From: Chromatiales bacterium
Lineage (GTDB): Bacteria > Pseudomonadota > Gammaproteobacteria > JAGRCI01
NCBI GenBank assembly: GCA_020445565.1
Contig: JAGRGI010000157.1
Coordinates: forward strand, 1 to 24,017
DNA: 24,017 nt
Direction of reading: 5' to 3'
Position 1 is the first letter of the stretch. The number at the start of each line of letters is the position of its first letter. The position numbers and the translations under genes are program-made. Under the pieces are notes generated by a model, which was not told the DNA's origin, searched no databases, and saw nothing but the letters and a program-made list of their open reading frames with translations. This document shows, piece by piece, positions 7,979 through 16,861 of the stretch.

Positions 7979-8977
7979 ATGACTGCGCCGATCATCGTTC
8001 TAGCCCTCGTCATTCTCGCTGCATTGGCCTATCTGACCTCGTTAAAGGGGGGTTATGAAGTCCGCCGCAGCCTGGTCATGGACATACCGGCCGATCGGGC
8101 CTACGACGAGGTGCGCGACTATCGCAACTGGCCACACTGGAGCCCCTGGCTGATTCACGAACCGGACGCGAAACTGACCTTCAGCGACGAGCCTGACAAA
8201 GCGGCCGGATGGTATGAATGGAATGGAAAGTACGTCGGCGCCGGCAAAATCACCCATGAACAACTGGACGCAGCAAAACGCATCGTCGACCGGATCGAAT
8301 TCGTCCGGCCGTTCAAATCCGTCTCCACGGTAGGATTCGAGTTTCGCGAAACCGCTGGCGGCACCGAGGTCACCTGGACCATGGCCGGCACCATGCCCTT
8401 CTTCCTACGCTTTATGGTCCCGATGATGACGGGCATGATCGCCAGGGATTATGACCTCGGCCTGGCCCTGCTGCGCGGTCGACTTGATCCGAGCGCCGAG
8501 CGCCCCATCATCCGCTTCAACGGCTTTGCCGAACGCAACGCCGAGACCGTGCTTACCCGCTCGTTCAAAGGCAATCTGGAAGCAGTTAAGCAGGTCATGA
8601 ACAGCGGCTTTCCACAACTCGTCGAGCATGTCGCCCAAACTGGCGGACAACCCCTTGGCGCTCCGTTCACCGCCTATTACAAATCCAACCCGCGCACGTT
8701 GTATTTTGAGGGTGACATGGCCATACCCGTGGGTACGGACACACCCGACGGCGAATTCACGCGCAAGACCTTGGGCGACGGAAAATATTACCGGGTGCAC
8801 CTGCAAGGCAGCTATGAATTTCTCGGCCTTGCCTGGAACGCCGCCTTCAGCCATTTACGCATGTACAAGATCAAAGTAGATCGTTCCCGACCCACATTGG
8901 AGGTATATGAGAACGATCCGCGCAGCGTCGATAACAGCAACGAGATCAAGACCTCCCTGTACATCCCAATACGCTAG
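7979..8977 (+). CDS. membrane-anchored SRPBCC-family / GyrI-like (AraC-type effector-binding) two-domain protein
   Basis: ATG at 7979 with GGAGG 5 nt upstream and an N-terminal TM helix IIVLALVILAALAYL. N-terminal half is SRPBCC-like (RNWPHWSPW). C-terminal half has GyrI-like fold hallmarks (FTAYYKSNP...YYRVHLQGSYEFLGLAWNAAFSHL...LEVYENDPRSV). The upstream extension of ORF 7835 has no support. Confidence 0.7.
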   Translation: MTAPIIVLALVILAALAYLTSLKGGYEVRRSLVMDIPADRAYDEVRDYRNWPHWSPWLIHEPDAKLTFSDEPDKAAGWYEWNGKYVGAGKITHEQLDAAKRIVDRIEFVRPFKSVSTVGFEFRETAGGTEVTWTMAGTMPFFLRFMVPMMTGMIARDYDLGLALLRGRLDPSAERPIIRFNGFAERNAETVLTRSFKGNLEAVKQVMNSGFPQLVEHVAQTGGQPLGAPFTAYYKSNPRTLYFEGDMAIPVGTDTPDGEFTRKTLGDGKYYRVHLQGSYEFLGLAWNAAFSHLRMYKIKVDRSRPTLEVYENDPRSVDNSNEIKTSLYIPIR

Positions 8978-9069
8978 GTGAATCCACCCACGTCCTGGGA
9001 ATTCACCGCTTTCCAATGAATCGAGGAGCAGACACCCGCCGGAAGAAAATCGTGAAACACGGCTGGAGA

Positions 9070-9546
9070 CTATTCGATCGCCAACAGTTCAACGTCGAAT
9101 ATCAGCAACGAATTGGGCGCGATCACCTGCCCCATGCCCCGCCTCCCGTAGCCCAGTTCCGGCGGCAGGTACAAACGCCACTTGGAACCCACGGGCATGA
9201 GCTGCAACGCCTCCTGCCAGCCATCGATGACTTGATTGAGGGGAAAGCTGATGCTCTGTTTGCGCTCGTAGGAGCTGTCGAAAACACTGCCATCGAGCAG
9301 GCGGCCCTCGTAGTGAACACGTACCTGGGCATCCGCCGCAGGTCGTGGCCCGTCGCCTTCGCGCGAGATTTCATATTGCAGGCCACTTGCGGTGGTTTTC
9401 ACCCCTTGCTTTTGTCCATTCTCGTTCAGGAACGCCTGGGCCTTGGCGAGATTTTCCACCGCCCGCGCGCGGTCCTGTTCGTTTTCACAGCCCGTCAACA
9501 GGGAGATGACGGTAATCAGACAAGCCAGCAAATACAGTCTTTTCAT
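9070..9546 (-). CDS. FKBP-type peptidyl-prolyl cis-trans isomerase, lipoprotein
   Basis: Start at the ATG giving MKRLYLLACLITVISLLTGC (lipobox LTGC), with GGAG upstream. FKBP domain motifs (VRVHYEGRLLDGSVFDSS, GWQEAL, PPELGYG, LIFDVELLAI). The longer ORF to 9666 is an unsupported extension. Confidence 0.85.
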   Translation of the reverse strand: MKRLYLLACLITVISLLTGCENEQDRARAVENLAKAQAFLNENGQKQGVKTTASGLQYEISREGDGPRPAADAQVRVHYEGRLLDGSVFDSSYERKQSISFPLNQVIDGWQEALQLMPVGSKWRLYLPPELGYGRRGMGQVIAPNSLLIFDVELLAIE

Positions 9547-9547
9547 G

Positions 9548-10261
9548 TCAGCTCCTGCCAAACACCGGCACGGCGGCACCACTGACAGAGCGCGCGGCGT
9601 CGGAAACCAGGAACAGGATGACGTTGGCCAGATCCCCTGTGGGTACCCAGGAGGAATGGTCGGCATCGGGCATGTCGGTGCGGTTCTGCGGGGTATCGAT
9701 GGTTCCGGGTAAAATGCAGTTGACGCGGATGTTGTCGTGCTTGTGTTCAGCGGCCAGGGCCTCGGTCAAGGTGATCACCCCTGCCTTGGAAACGCAGTAA
9801 GGGGCCATCCTTGCCTTGCCTTCGCGGGCGGCGCGGGCGGAGACATTGACGATACGCCCACCGCCCTGTTGCAACATGCCGGGGATGATTGCCTTGCAGG
9901 TGAGGAATACGCTGCGGGTGTTGAGATCGAGCATGAAATCCCAGTCCTTTTCCGAGGTCTCGTGGACCTTCGGGCCCATGCGAAAGCCGCCAGCGATGTT
10001 GGCCAGTATGTCGACCCGACCAAAGTGCTCCGCAGCCTCCATGGCCATGGATTGGACCGATTGATCGTTGGTGAGATCGGCATCGAGCATGAGCACGCGC
10101 TCGTCCTCTGCCCAGTCGGGAAAGGCGTTCGCCAAACGCTCCGTGTCCCTATCCACCAATGCCAACCGCGCACTGGCGGTAAAAAAACCCTTGGCCACGG
10201 CCTGCCCCAGGTTACCGGCGGCCCCGGTGACCAGGGCAACCTTATCATTGAAATCGAACAT
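9548..10261 (-). CDS. SDR-family NAD(P)-dependent oxidoreductase
   Basis: N-terminal Rossmann motif VALVTGAAGNLG, catalytic YxxxK (YCVSKAG) and NVSA. 237 aa. Its stop abuts the FKBP start. Confidence 0.85.
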   Translation of the reverse strand: MFDFNDKVALVTGAAGNLGQAVAKGFFTASARLALVDRDTERLANAFPDWAEDERVLMLDADLTNDQSVQSMAMEAAEHFGRVDILANIAGGFRMGPKVHETSEKDWDFMLDLNTRSVFLTCKAIIPGMLQQGGGRIVNVSARAAREGKARMAPYCVSKAGVITLTEALAAEHKHDNIRVNCILPGTIDTPQNRTDMPDADHSSWVPTGDLANVILFLVSDAARSVSGAAVPVFGRS

Positions 10262-10280
10262 CGCAGTCTCCTGTAATGGC

Positions 10281-11633
10281 TCAGGCGGTGATCAGGCCGC
10301 GCAACGCTTCGGTGCGGGCGTGCATGGCGGCTTCGTCGCCGCGGGTTTCGACGTTTAGCCGCAGCAAGGGTTCGGTGTTGGACATACGCAGATTGAAGCG
10401 CCAGTCTGCGAATTCCATGCTGACCCCATCGGTTCGGTCGATCTGCCCGCCCTGCCCTTCGTAATGGGCGACGATGGAGGCCATACGCGCCGCCGGATCG
10501 CCCACCCGAAAGTTGATCTCGCCGCTACAAGGATAGGCGGCCATGCGTTCACGCACCATCTCCGCCAGACCCAGCCCGGTGCGCCCGATACGCTCCAGCA
10601 GCAACAGCCAGGGGATCATGCCGCTGTCGCAATAAGCGAACTCGCGGAAGTAGTGGTGAGCACTCATCTCGCCGCCGTAGACCGCGTCCTCGACACGCAT
10701 CCGCTCCTTGATAAAGGCGTGGCCGGTCTTGCTCTGAATCGGTACACCGCCCGCCTGATGCACCATGTCGATAGTGTTCCAGGTCAGGCGCGGGTCGTGA
10801 ATGATCTTGGCACCCGGGTGCTTCTCCAACAGCGCGGCGCCAAGCAATCCAACCAGATAGTAACCTTCGATGAATCGACCCTCGGCGTCGAAGAAGAAAC
10901 AACGGTCGAAATCTCCGTCCCAGGCAATCCCCACATCCGCGCCCTGCTCGCGGATCGCCTCGACGGTTGCGCCACGGCTGTCAGGCAGCAAGGGGTTGGG
11001 AATGCCATTGGGAAATCGCCCGTCCGGTTCGTGGTGGACCTTGATGAATTCGAAGGGAAGATGGGGCTCCAGCAAGTCGATCACCAGCCCCGCCCCACCG
11101 TTGCCGGCATTGACCACCACTCGCAGGGGCTTGAGGGAATCCACATCCACATAGCCGAGCAGATGCTTTACGTAAGCATTGGCGATGTCCACCTCGCGGT
11201 AACCGCCGCGATCGGCGGGTGGCGCGAATTCGCCCTCCGCTGCCAGACGCTCGATCTCCTTGAGGCCGGAATCACCACTGATAGGCCGCGCGCCCTCGCG
11301 AACCAGCTTCATGCCGTTATAGTCCATGGGGTTGTGACTGGCCGTCACCATCACCCCGCCGCCGGCCTGCAAGTGGAAGGTCGCGAAATAAACCATCTCC
11401 GTACCCCCCAGACCGATATCCAGCACCTCCACGCCACCATCGCGCAACCCGTTGGTCAGCGCCTGGCAAAGCGCCTGCGAAGTCAACCGCACATCGCGAC
11501 CTACCACCATGGTGTTGGGTTTCAGGTACTCGGCACAAGCCCTTCCGATGCGATAGGCCAGATCCTCATTGAGCTGATCCGGCACCCGCCCGCGCACATC
11601 GTAGGCCATGAAACAGTCGAGATGGCTGCCCAT
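10281..11633 (-). CDS. algC: phosphomannomutase/phosphoglucomutase (AlgC/ManB type)
   Basis: Active-site TASHNP (VMVTASHNP) and N-terminal FMAYDVRG...YRIGRA typical of PMM/PGM. Start chosen at ATG 11633 (MGSHLDCF...) because GGAGGGG lies 8 nt upstream. The longer ORF to 11843 is probably an extension. Confidence 0.85.
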   Translation of the reverse strand: MGSHLDCFMAYDVRGRVPDQLNEDLAYRIGRACAEYLKPNTMVVGRDVRLTSQALCQALTNGLRDGGVEVLDIGLGGTEMVYFATFHLQAGGGVMVTASHNPMDYNGMKLVREGARPISGDSGLKEIERLAAEGEFAPPADRGGYREVDIANAYVKHLLGYVDVDSLKPLRVVVNAGNGGAGLVIDLLEPHLPFEFIKVHHEPDGRFPNGIPNPLLPDSRGATVEAIREQGADVGIAWDGDFDRCFFFDAEGRFIEGYYLVGLLGAALLEKHPGAKIIHDPRLTWNTIDMVHQAGGVPIQSKTGHAFIKERMRVEDAVYGGEMSAHHYFREFAYCDSGMIPWLLLLERIGRTGLGLAEMVRERMAAYPCSGEINFRVGDPAARMASIVAHYEGQGGQIDRTDGVSMEFADWRFNLRMSNTEPLLRLNVETRGDEAAMHARTEALRGLITA

Positions 11634-11976
11634 CGAATTCACCCCTCCGGCATCTGCGACAAAACGGCAAGGATACCAGACGGGAGTGGGGCTGTCGGTC
11701 GTGTGTACGATACCCGCCATAGACCTGAAAGCAGACCAGGGGCCGGCAACTCCACCTCTTAATTTCGCACTGATTGCCCGTAGGAGAGGCATCATCGACG
11801 AGGCCCGGCCAACGGTGCTACCGCGTATCGATCTTGATCGCACAAGGGATCAATCTATCGGTTTATATTACATAGCGCCTTGCTTCCCGTGGCACTTGAC
11901 ACATTGCAGTGAGGTGGTCTACTGGACTTGTACGACCCAGTTAAGCAACGATTGGCTTAACTGAGGAAGAGAAGCA

Positions 11977-12273
11977 ATGACGACCCGAAAGAAGTACTCG
12001 AAAGAATTCAAGCTGGACGCTGTGAGCCTGGTCCTGGACCAGGGCTATACGCGCAGAGAGCCGGCCAAGAGCCTGGACGTCAATGAGCAGATGCTCGGTC
12101 GTTGGGTGAAAGAGCACCGGAACAGCGAGGATGGCCAGGCGTTCCGAGGCAATGGCAAGTTGACCCCGGAACAAGAGGAAATCAAAAGGCTGAAGGCGCA
12201 GAACAAGCGCCTTCAGATGGAGAGGGACATCCTAAAAAAAGCGACGGCATTCTTTGCAGCAGAAACGAAGTGA
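11977..12273 (+). CDS. IS3-family transposase OrfA (HTH/leucine-zipper part)
   Basis: MTTRKKYSKEFKLDAVSLV...LKAQNKRLQMERDILKKATAFFA, typical IS3 OrfA ending at the slippery A7G (12234-12241). Confidence 0.85.
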   Translation: MTTRKKYSKEFKLDAVSLVLDQGYTRREPAKSLDVNEQMLGRWVKEHRNSEDGQAFRGNGKLTPEQEEIKRLKAQNKRLQMERDILKKATAFFAAETK

Positions 12274-13147
12274 AATACGCGTTCATCACCCAACACAAGA
12301 ATGCCTACCCGATCAGCCTGCAGTGCCAGGTTTTGGGTGTCAGCCGAAACGGCTATTACCAGCACCGGAAGAACCACGAGGGCAAACCGGAAAACCCGAA
12401 TCACCAGGAGATGATCGAGTGGGTCCAGGATATCGCGAAGAGTTCGGGCGACACCTATGGGAGTCGCCGCATGAAGAAGGCGCTGAATGTGCTGGGCTAC
12501 CCAGTGAGTCGCGGAAAAGCCCGGAAACTGATGCGAGAAGCAAAGGTGCAGGTGCGCCACCGCAAGAAATACAAGGTGACGACGAACAGCAATCACAAGC
12601 AACCGGTTTTGAAAACCTGGTCAAGCGTGATTTCGACATCGACCGGCCGGACCAAGTGTATGCTGCCGATATCACCTACGTCTGGACCCAGGAGGGCTGG
12701 CTCTATCTGGCCGTGGTGATCGACCTGTGCACCCGCAAGGTGGTGGGCTGGAGTATGAGTTCCAGGATGAAGACGCAGCTGGTCTGTGATGCCTTACAGA
12801 TGGCGATCTGGCGTCGCCAGCCCAAGGCGGGACTGATCCACCATTCGGATCGCGGCTCACAGTACGCGAGCAAGGCATTCCGGCGGCTACTGAAGGCTCA
12901 CGGCATTGAGGGCAGTATGAGCCGCAAGGGCGACTGCTGGGACAATGCTGTCGTGGAGAGTTTCTTCGGCACGCTGAAGCAGGAGCGCGTGCAGTGGCGG
13001 AACTACCAGTCCCGCTACGAGGCCCAGCAGGACATCCTGGATTACATCTCGATGTTCTACAACAGTCGCCGCCTGCATTCACACCTGGGCTACATGAGTC
13101 CTAACGACTTTGAACGGCAACTGACAGAGACGAAAAAAGCGGCTTAA
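12234..13147 (+). pseudogene. IS3-family transposase OrfB (DDE integrase core) requiring the programmed -1 frameshift plus one additional frame break
   Basis: After a -1 slip at A7G, the frame-0 reading gives KKSDGILCSRNEVKYAFITQHKNAYPISLQCQVLGVSRNGYY...TTNSNHKQPV (IS3 OrfB N-terminus). The conserved continuation ENLVKRDF...ADITYV...DLCTRKVVGW...HHSDRGSQYAS...DNAVVESFF is in the +2 frame from ~12611. This implies a 1-nt deletion (or a homopolymer sequencing error) in the T-run GTTTTG at ~12606-12611. The ORF-track entries 12102..12719 and 12254..13147 are the two pieces. Confidence 0.6.
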
Positions 13148-13355
13148 CTGGGATGTTACAAAACCCTTGATCACGTCAAGGCGCCCTGTTCGAGGCGCTT
13201 CGGGAGCTTGGCCGCGACAACTCGACCATCTGCCAACTGGTCGACGTCGGCGTAGCTATTTGTGAAGAGGCAGCCGACAAAATCGGAACTGAACAGATCC
13301 ACCTGAGGAACGCCACCGGTTGAGACATCCGTCCGATCCGACAACCTGACCCACC

Positions 13356-13380
13356 AAGCCCGCCACCGAGCGGGCTTTTT
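13356..13380 (+). terminator. rho-independent terminator (member of a repeated hairpin family)
   Basis: AAGCCCGC-CACCGA-GCGGGCTTTTT. Terminates the ~47-codon plus-strand reading frame that begins at the IS3 right end (13180-13323). Confidence 0.55.
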
Positions 13381-13464
13381 CATGCCTGCCCGTCGTGACC
13401 CTAACTAGCCTCAACTGCCGACAACCCTCCTTTAACCCCTGATAACTGGAGAGAGTCCACCACC

Positions 13465-13662
13465 ATGAACACCGCCACCGCCGACGCGGGAGGCCGGACA
13501 CAGAATTTCAACCGCCAAGCCGCCCAACTGGTGCGGCGCCACGGCAAGGACTGGCTGGAGAAGCTACGCCGGCAGGCCGACCTGGGCGACGCCCATTCCA
13601 TCGGCGTGCTGATGGACATGGCCGAACGGCAGAAGGCCGGGAGTTCGGGACCGCCGGGGTGA
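13465..13662 (+). CDS. hypothetical small protein (65 aa)
   Basis: ATG at 13465 with GGAGAGAG upstream. Lies between two intrinsic terminators. No recognisable domain. Confidence 0.3.
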   Translation: MNTATADAGGRTQNFNRQAAQLVRRHGKDWLEKLRRQADLGDAHSIGVLMDMAERQKAGSSGPPG

Positions 13663-13687
13663 GGCCGGCACGTTGACTGGAACGGAG

Positions 13688-13713
13688 AGCCCGCCTGAGT
13701 GCGGGCTTTTTTT
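13688..13713 (+). terminator. rho-independent terminator (hairpin family member) followed by a GGTACCA box
   Basis: AGCCCGC-CTGAGT-GCGGGCTTTTTTT, then GTGGCCGCGGGTACCAG at 13714-13730. This resembles GCGGGCTTTTTCGTGGTCGGGTACCAG at 23428-23455. Confidence 0.6.
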
Positions 13714-13834
13714 GTGGCCGCGGGTACCAGCACCCCGGACTGGAGCCCCTATGTGCCGCAGCTTTGGCCGGGCACCTTGTTGGTCCCTTCAAAGTTGGGA
13801 AACCGATTAGGTTCACAATCGCAGGGCTAATATA

Positions 13835-13859
13835 TTGCTAATTTGACAAGAATTAGCAA
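13835..13859. promoter_or_regulatory. perfect 9-bp inverted repeat operator overlapping a -35-like TTGACA, upstream of fic
   Basis: TTGCTAATT-tgacaag-AATTAGCAA (13835-13859) within an AT-rich stretch (13790-13920). A second TTGACT is at 13891. Confidence 0.45.
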
Positions 13860-13881
13860 TTAACCCCAAACTGCTAGGGAA

Positions 13882-15288
13882 ATGCTAACTTTGACTAAAT
13901 TTTCAGTTGAAACACCGATGAAGATCCCCCAAACACCACCTTCCTGGCAGCTGCTTTTATTGGAAACAGAGAACCTCCAACCGATCCTGGAGCTAGATCC
14001 GTTGGTGGGGGGGTGCTATCTGCACTGGGACGAGTTACGGCACCGCACTCCCCCGGAAGGTTTGTCGCATGAGGCATGGTGGACGGGGGTACGATTCGCC
14101 AGAGAGGGTATGTTGCGATCGCTTCCATTCCAGGACAAGCATGGTAAACCCATCCGGTTTGGTGTGCCGGATCCCGTGCTACGCAGTCTGCACGCCATTG
14201 ATCAGCGGGCGGCGGGCAATGTAGAAATGGCATCGCCTATTGTCTCAGGTGACGACCGGAACCGCTATCTGGTGAGCTCTCTTATTGAGGAAGCAATAAC
14301 GTCCAGTCAGCTGGAAGGCGCTGCGACGACGCGCGAACAGGCCAAAGCGATGCTGCGTAGCGGTCGCCAACCTCGCGACCGGTCGGAGCGAATGATTCTG
14401 AACAACTATCACGCCATGGAGGCGATTAGGGACATCCGCGACCGGCAATTGACACCGCAACTGGTCTACGAATTGCATCGAATTGTTACTGAAGGGACAC
14501 TGGACGATCCCAGCGCAGCAGGGCGGTTGCGAAAACCAGACGAGCGGGTCAATGTCGTAACTTCGGACCACGCGACCATACTCCATCAACCACCAGACGC
14601 AACGTCGCTTCCACAGCGAATGGATGACCTTTGTCGCTTTGCCAACGCGGATGCTGCTGCCGAAGAGGCGTTCGTACATCCCGTCATTCGCGCCATCCTG
14701 CTGCATTACATGCTGGGCTACGATCACCCCTTCGTGGACGGTAACGGGCGAACTGCTCGCGCGTTGGTTTACTGGAGCCTAGCGCGCTCCCGCTATTGGC
14801 TGATGGAGTATGTTTCTATTTCGAGACTCCTGAAATTGGCACCTGCGAAGTACGCACGCGCATACCTGCATACCGAGACAGATGGCAATGACACAACCTA
14901 TTTCATCATTCATCAACTGGACGTCATTGAACACGCTATCAGCGCGCTGCATGAATACTTGGACCGGAAGATAGCAGAAGAACGAAATGCAGAAGCCCTG
15001 TTGCGGCATACGCCACATTTGTCAGACCAACTAAACCATCGTCAGGTAGCTCTGCTGACGCACGCATTGAGGCATGCCCAACATGGCTATACAGTGGAAA
15101 GCCACAAGCGTTCACACCGGGTCACCCACCAAACTGCGCGAACCGATCTGCAACAACTAATGGATCTGGGCTTACTGGACAAGGGGAAGCGCGGGCGTGC
15201 TTTTGTCTTCTATGCGCCGGATGACTTGAGAATGCGTATTGAGCAAGCAGCTAGTTCAACAGCAAGTCGGCATATTCATGCTCCCTAG
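13882..15288 (+). CDS. Fic-family protein (AMPylation-type Fic core with N-terminal inhibitory helix and C-terminal winged-HTH)
   Basis: Canonical Fic motif HPFVDGNGRTAR. Upstream SSQLEG fits the autoinhibitory (S/T)xxxE(G/N) motif. ~470 aa with a C-terminal DNA-binding-like tail. Alternative start ATG 13918 (MKIPQ...). Local GC is clearly lower than in the surrounding genes. Confidence 0.85.
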   Translation: MLTLTKFSVETPMKIPQTPPSWQLLLLETENLQPILELDPLVGGCYLHWDELRHRTPPEGLSHEAWWTGVRFAREGMLRSLPFQDKHGKPIRFGVPDPVLRSLHAIDQRAAGNVEMASPIVSGDDRNRYLVSSLIEEAITSSQLEGAATTREQAKAMLRSGRQPRDRSERMILNNYHAMEAIRDIRDRQLTPQLVYELHRIVTEGTLDDPSAAGRLRKPDERVNVVTSDHATILHQPPDATSLPQRMDDLCRFANADAAAEEAFVHPVIRAILLHYMLGYDHPFVDGNGRTARALVYWSLARSRYWLMEYVSISRLLKLAPAKYARAYLHTETDGNDTTYFIIHQLDVIEHAISALHEYLDRKIAEERNAEALLRHTPHLSDQLNHRQVALLTHALRHAQHGYTVESHKRSHRVTHQTARTDLQQLMDLGLLDKGKRGRAFVFYAPDDLRMRIEQAASSTASRHIHAP

Positions 15289-15392
15289 AGTATACGAATG
15301 CAGCGAATTAGTGATCGCCCGATTTGCGCATTCGTAAACGCCCCTCCTCAGCTGCAACACACACGCCGAGTGAGATTGAACCCGCCTCATAC

Positions 15393-15418
15393 AAGCCCGC
15401 CGCTGTGCGGACTTTTTC
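15393..15418 (+). terminator. rho-independent terminator, near-identical copy of the hairpin at 23414
   Basis: AAGCCCGC-CGCTGT-GCGGACTTTTTCGTG versus AAGCCCGC-CGCTGT-GCGGGCTTTTTCGTG at 23414-23441. Confidence 0.55.
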
Positions 15419-15533
15419 GTGCCGGCAGGGGGCCGGGCCGGATTCAGAAAATTTGCTTACACAGGCGCTTACATTGCGCCAGAACCGGCCGCATTCACGC
15501 CGGCCGAAATCCATGTAATTTATTGTTTTTATT

Positions 15534-15582
15534 TGGTAGGCCCGGCAGGACTTGAACCTGCGACCAAGGGATTATGAGTCCC
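15534..15582 (-). repeat. 49-nt direct repeat of the 3' part of tRNA-Ile2 (att core duplicate, distal junction of the island)
   Basis: TGGTAGGCCCGGCAGGACTtGAACCTGCGACCAAGGGATTATGAGTCCC matches 23602-23650 with one mismatch. It covers the CCA end through the anticodon stem, then the sequences diverge. Confidence 0.8.
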
Positions 15583-15630
15583 ACGCCCCCATAAACAAAA
15601 ACAGTGCTTTAGAATCCATTCTTCGTCTTG

Positions 15631-15649
15631 GGTACCAATTCAGGTACCA
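15631..15649 (+). promoter_or_regulatory. arm-type GGTACCA direct repeats next to the distal att junction (a third copy at 15753-15759 just upstream of the int start)
   Basis: GGGTACCAATTCAGGTACCATCG. The same heptamer is repeated five times at 23447-23531. Confidence 0.35.
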
Positions 15650-15763
15650 TCGCGCTATAGTTTCCACACGCGAAACGACGCTAACGCACGCGCCTTTTTA
15701 AAGGTGTCCCAAGGGGCTGCCACCCCAAGGGACATCGCCGACCACCCGCTGAGGTACCAGCCG

Positions 15764-16861
15764 ATGGCGACCATTACCAAGGTAACCCGCAAAACCGGGA
15801 CCGTCTACAAGGCCCGCGTTCGCCGCGAGGGCCAGCCCCAGGTATCCAAAACCTTCACCAACAAGTCGGACGCCCTGAAATGGGCGCGCGCGTTCGAAGT
15901 GGACTTGGAACGGGACCATGCCGGCCTGATCCCCGAGGGCCAGCGTCACACCCTGGCTGAAGCCGTCAAGAAGTACCGGGCGGAAGTCCTCCCCGAGCTG
16001 CGACCCGAGACCGCCAAGAAGTACTCCGCGCACCTGGACTACTGGGCCGCCGAACTGGGAGGCCCGGCCCTTTCGGAAATTGCGCCCCGCATGATCTCCA
16101 AGGCGCGGGACTCACTGACCCAGTCCGGGAAGTCTCCCGCCACGGTAAACCGATACCTGGCCACCCTGGCAAGCCTGCTGACGGCCGCCGTGAAGCGCTG
16201 GCACTGGCTCCCGGATTCTCCGATGCGGGGCGTTCGCAAGCTGACGGAAGCCAACGCGGGGACTCGGTTCCTGTCCGAGTCCGAGTTATCCCACCTGTTG
16301 GCCGCCTGCGGGGAGTCTTCCAACCCCGATCTATTGCCCGCCGTGCTGCTGTCGGTCACGACTGGAGCCCGCCGTGGGGAAATCATGGGACTCCGCTGGA
16401 AAGACCTCGATCTGAAGGCCGGTGTCGTTCGGCTGCGCGTGGACAACGAGACGTCGACCAAGGGCGGTATCCGTTCGCTACCCCTGGTCCCTCAAGTCCT
16501 GGAGATCCTGAAGGAACGCCACGAGGCTGCGAAGGAGGCCAAGGTTCGGCCGCTACGGGCAGAAGACGAACTGGTCTTCCCGTCCAAGGTTTCCCGGCAC
16601 CAACCGATTGATCTGCGGAAACCGTTCGAGTCTGCATTGCGCCGGGCGGGTATCGACCATTTTCGCTGGCATGACATGCGCCACAGCGCGGCGTCCTTCC
16701 TGGCCGCCCACGGAGCGAGCCTACTGGAGATCGGAGAGGTACTGGGGCACAAGAACGCGGCAACGACGAAACGCTATGCCCACCTGGTGCAGCAACGAAC
16801 CGATGATTTAGTGCGGGTGGTGGCCGCGAAGATTCTGGGCGAAAAAGGCGAAGACCGGTGA
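15764..16861 (+). CDS. int: tyrosine site-specific integrase (P4 / CP4-57 type)
   Basis: ATG at 15764. N-terminal SAM-like domain (KTGTVYKARVRREGQ...KTFTNKSDALKWARAFE). C-terminal catalytic R...HxxR...Y (GARRGEIMGLRWKDL; HDMRHSAASF; TKRYAH). The ORF-track start 15704 is an upstream extension. Confidence 0.9.
   Translation: MATITKVTRKTGTVYKARVRREGQPQVSKTFTNKSDALKWARAFEVDLERDHAGLIPEGQRHTLAEAVKKYRAEVLPELRPETAKKYSAHLDYWAAELGGPALSEIAPRMISKARDSLTQSGKSPATVNRYLATLASLLTAAVKRWHWLPDSPMRGVRKLTEANAGTRFLSESELSHLLAACGESSNPDLLPAVLLSVTTGARRGEIMGLRWKDLDLKAGVVRLRVDNETSTKGGIRSLPLVPQVLEILKERHEAAKEAKVRPLRAEDELVFPSKVSRHQPIDLRKPFESALRRAGIDHFRWHDMRHSAASFLAAHGASLLEIGEVLGHKNAATTKRYAHLVQQRTDDLVRVVAAKILGEKGEDR

Larger units (their letters stand above)
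11897..13178 (+). mobile_element. IS3-family insertion sequence (~1.28 kb), possibly inactive
   Basis: OrfA and OrfB with an A-AAA-AAA-G slippery site. Termini TGAC...GTCA, with imperfect terminal inverted repeats and a perfect subterminal inverted pair CCCAGTTAAGC (11936-11946) / GCTTAACTGGG (13142-13152). No clean target duplication seen (flanks GGCAC / GGCGC). Ends are approximate, +/- 2 nt. Confidence 0.8.

Noticed and set aside
10464-11762. 432-aa plus-strand ORF antisense to algC, and ORFs 18991..19752 (-), 19356..19784 (-), 21261..22031 (-) antisense to island genes
   Set aside because: Shadow ORFs of motif-bearing genes on the other strand. No ribosome-binding sites.
11608-11964. 118-aa plus-strand ORF crossing the algC start and the IS3 left end
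   Set aside because: Overlaps the algC 5' end on the opposite strand and runs into the IS terminal repeat. Possibly the 5' remnant of a gene split by the IS, but no motif support. Left as a note under the IS3 finding.
13465-13662. 65-aa ORF as FicA-type antitoxin for the downstream Fic
   Set aside because: It is separated from fic by a strong intrinsic terminator and 170 bp. Fic itself carries an in-cis inhibitory SxxxEG motif, so no separate antitoxin is needed.
13882-13917. Alternative shorter start (ATG 13918) for fic
   Set aside because: Not rejected outright. Neither start has a strong SD. The longer ORF is reported and the alternative noted.
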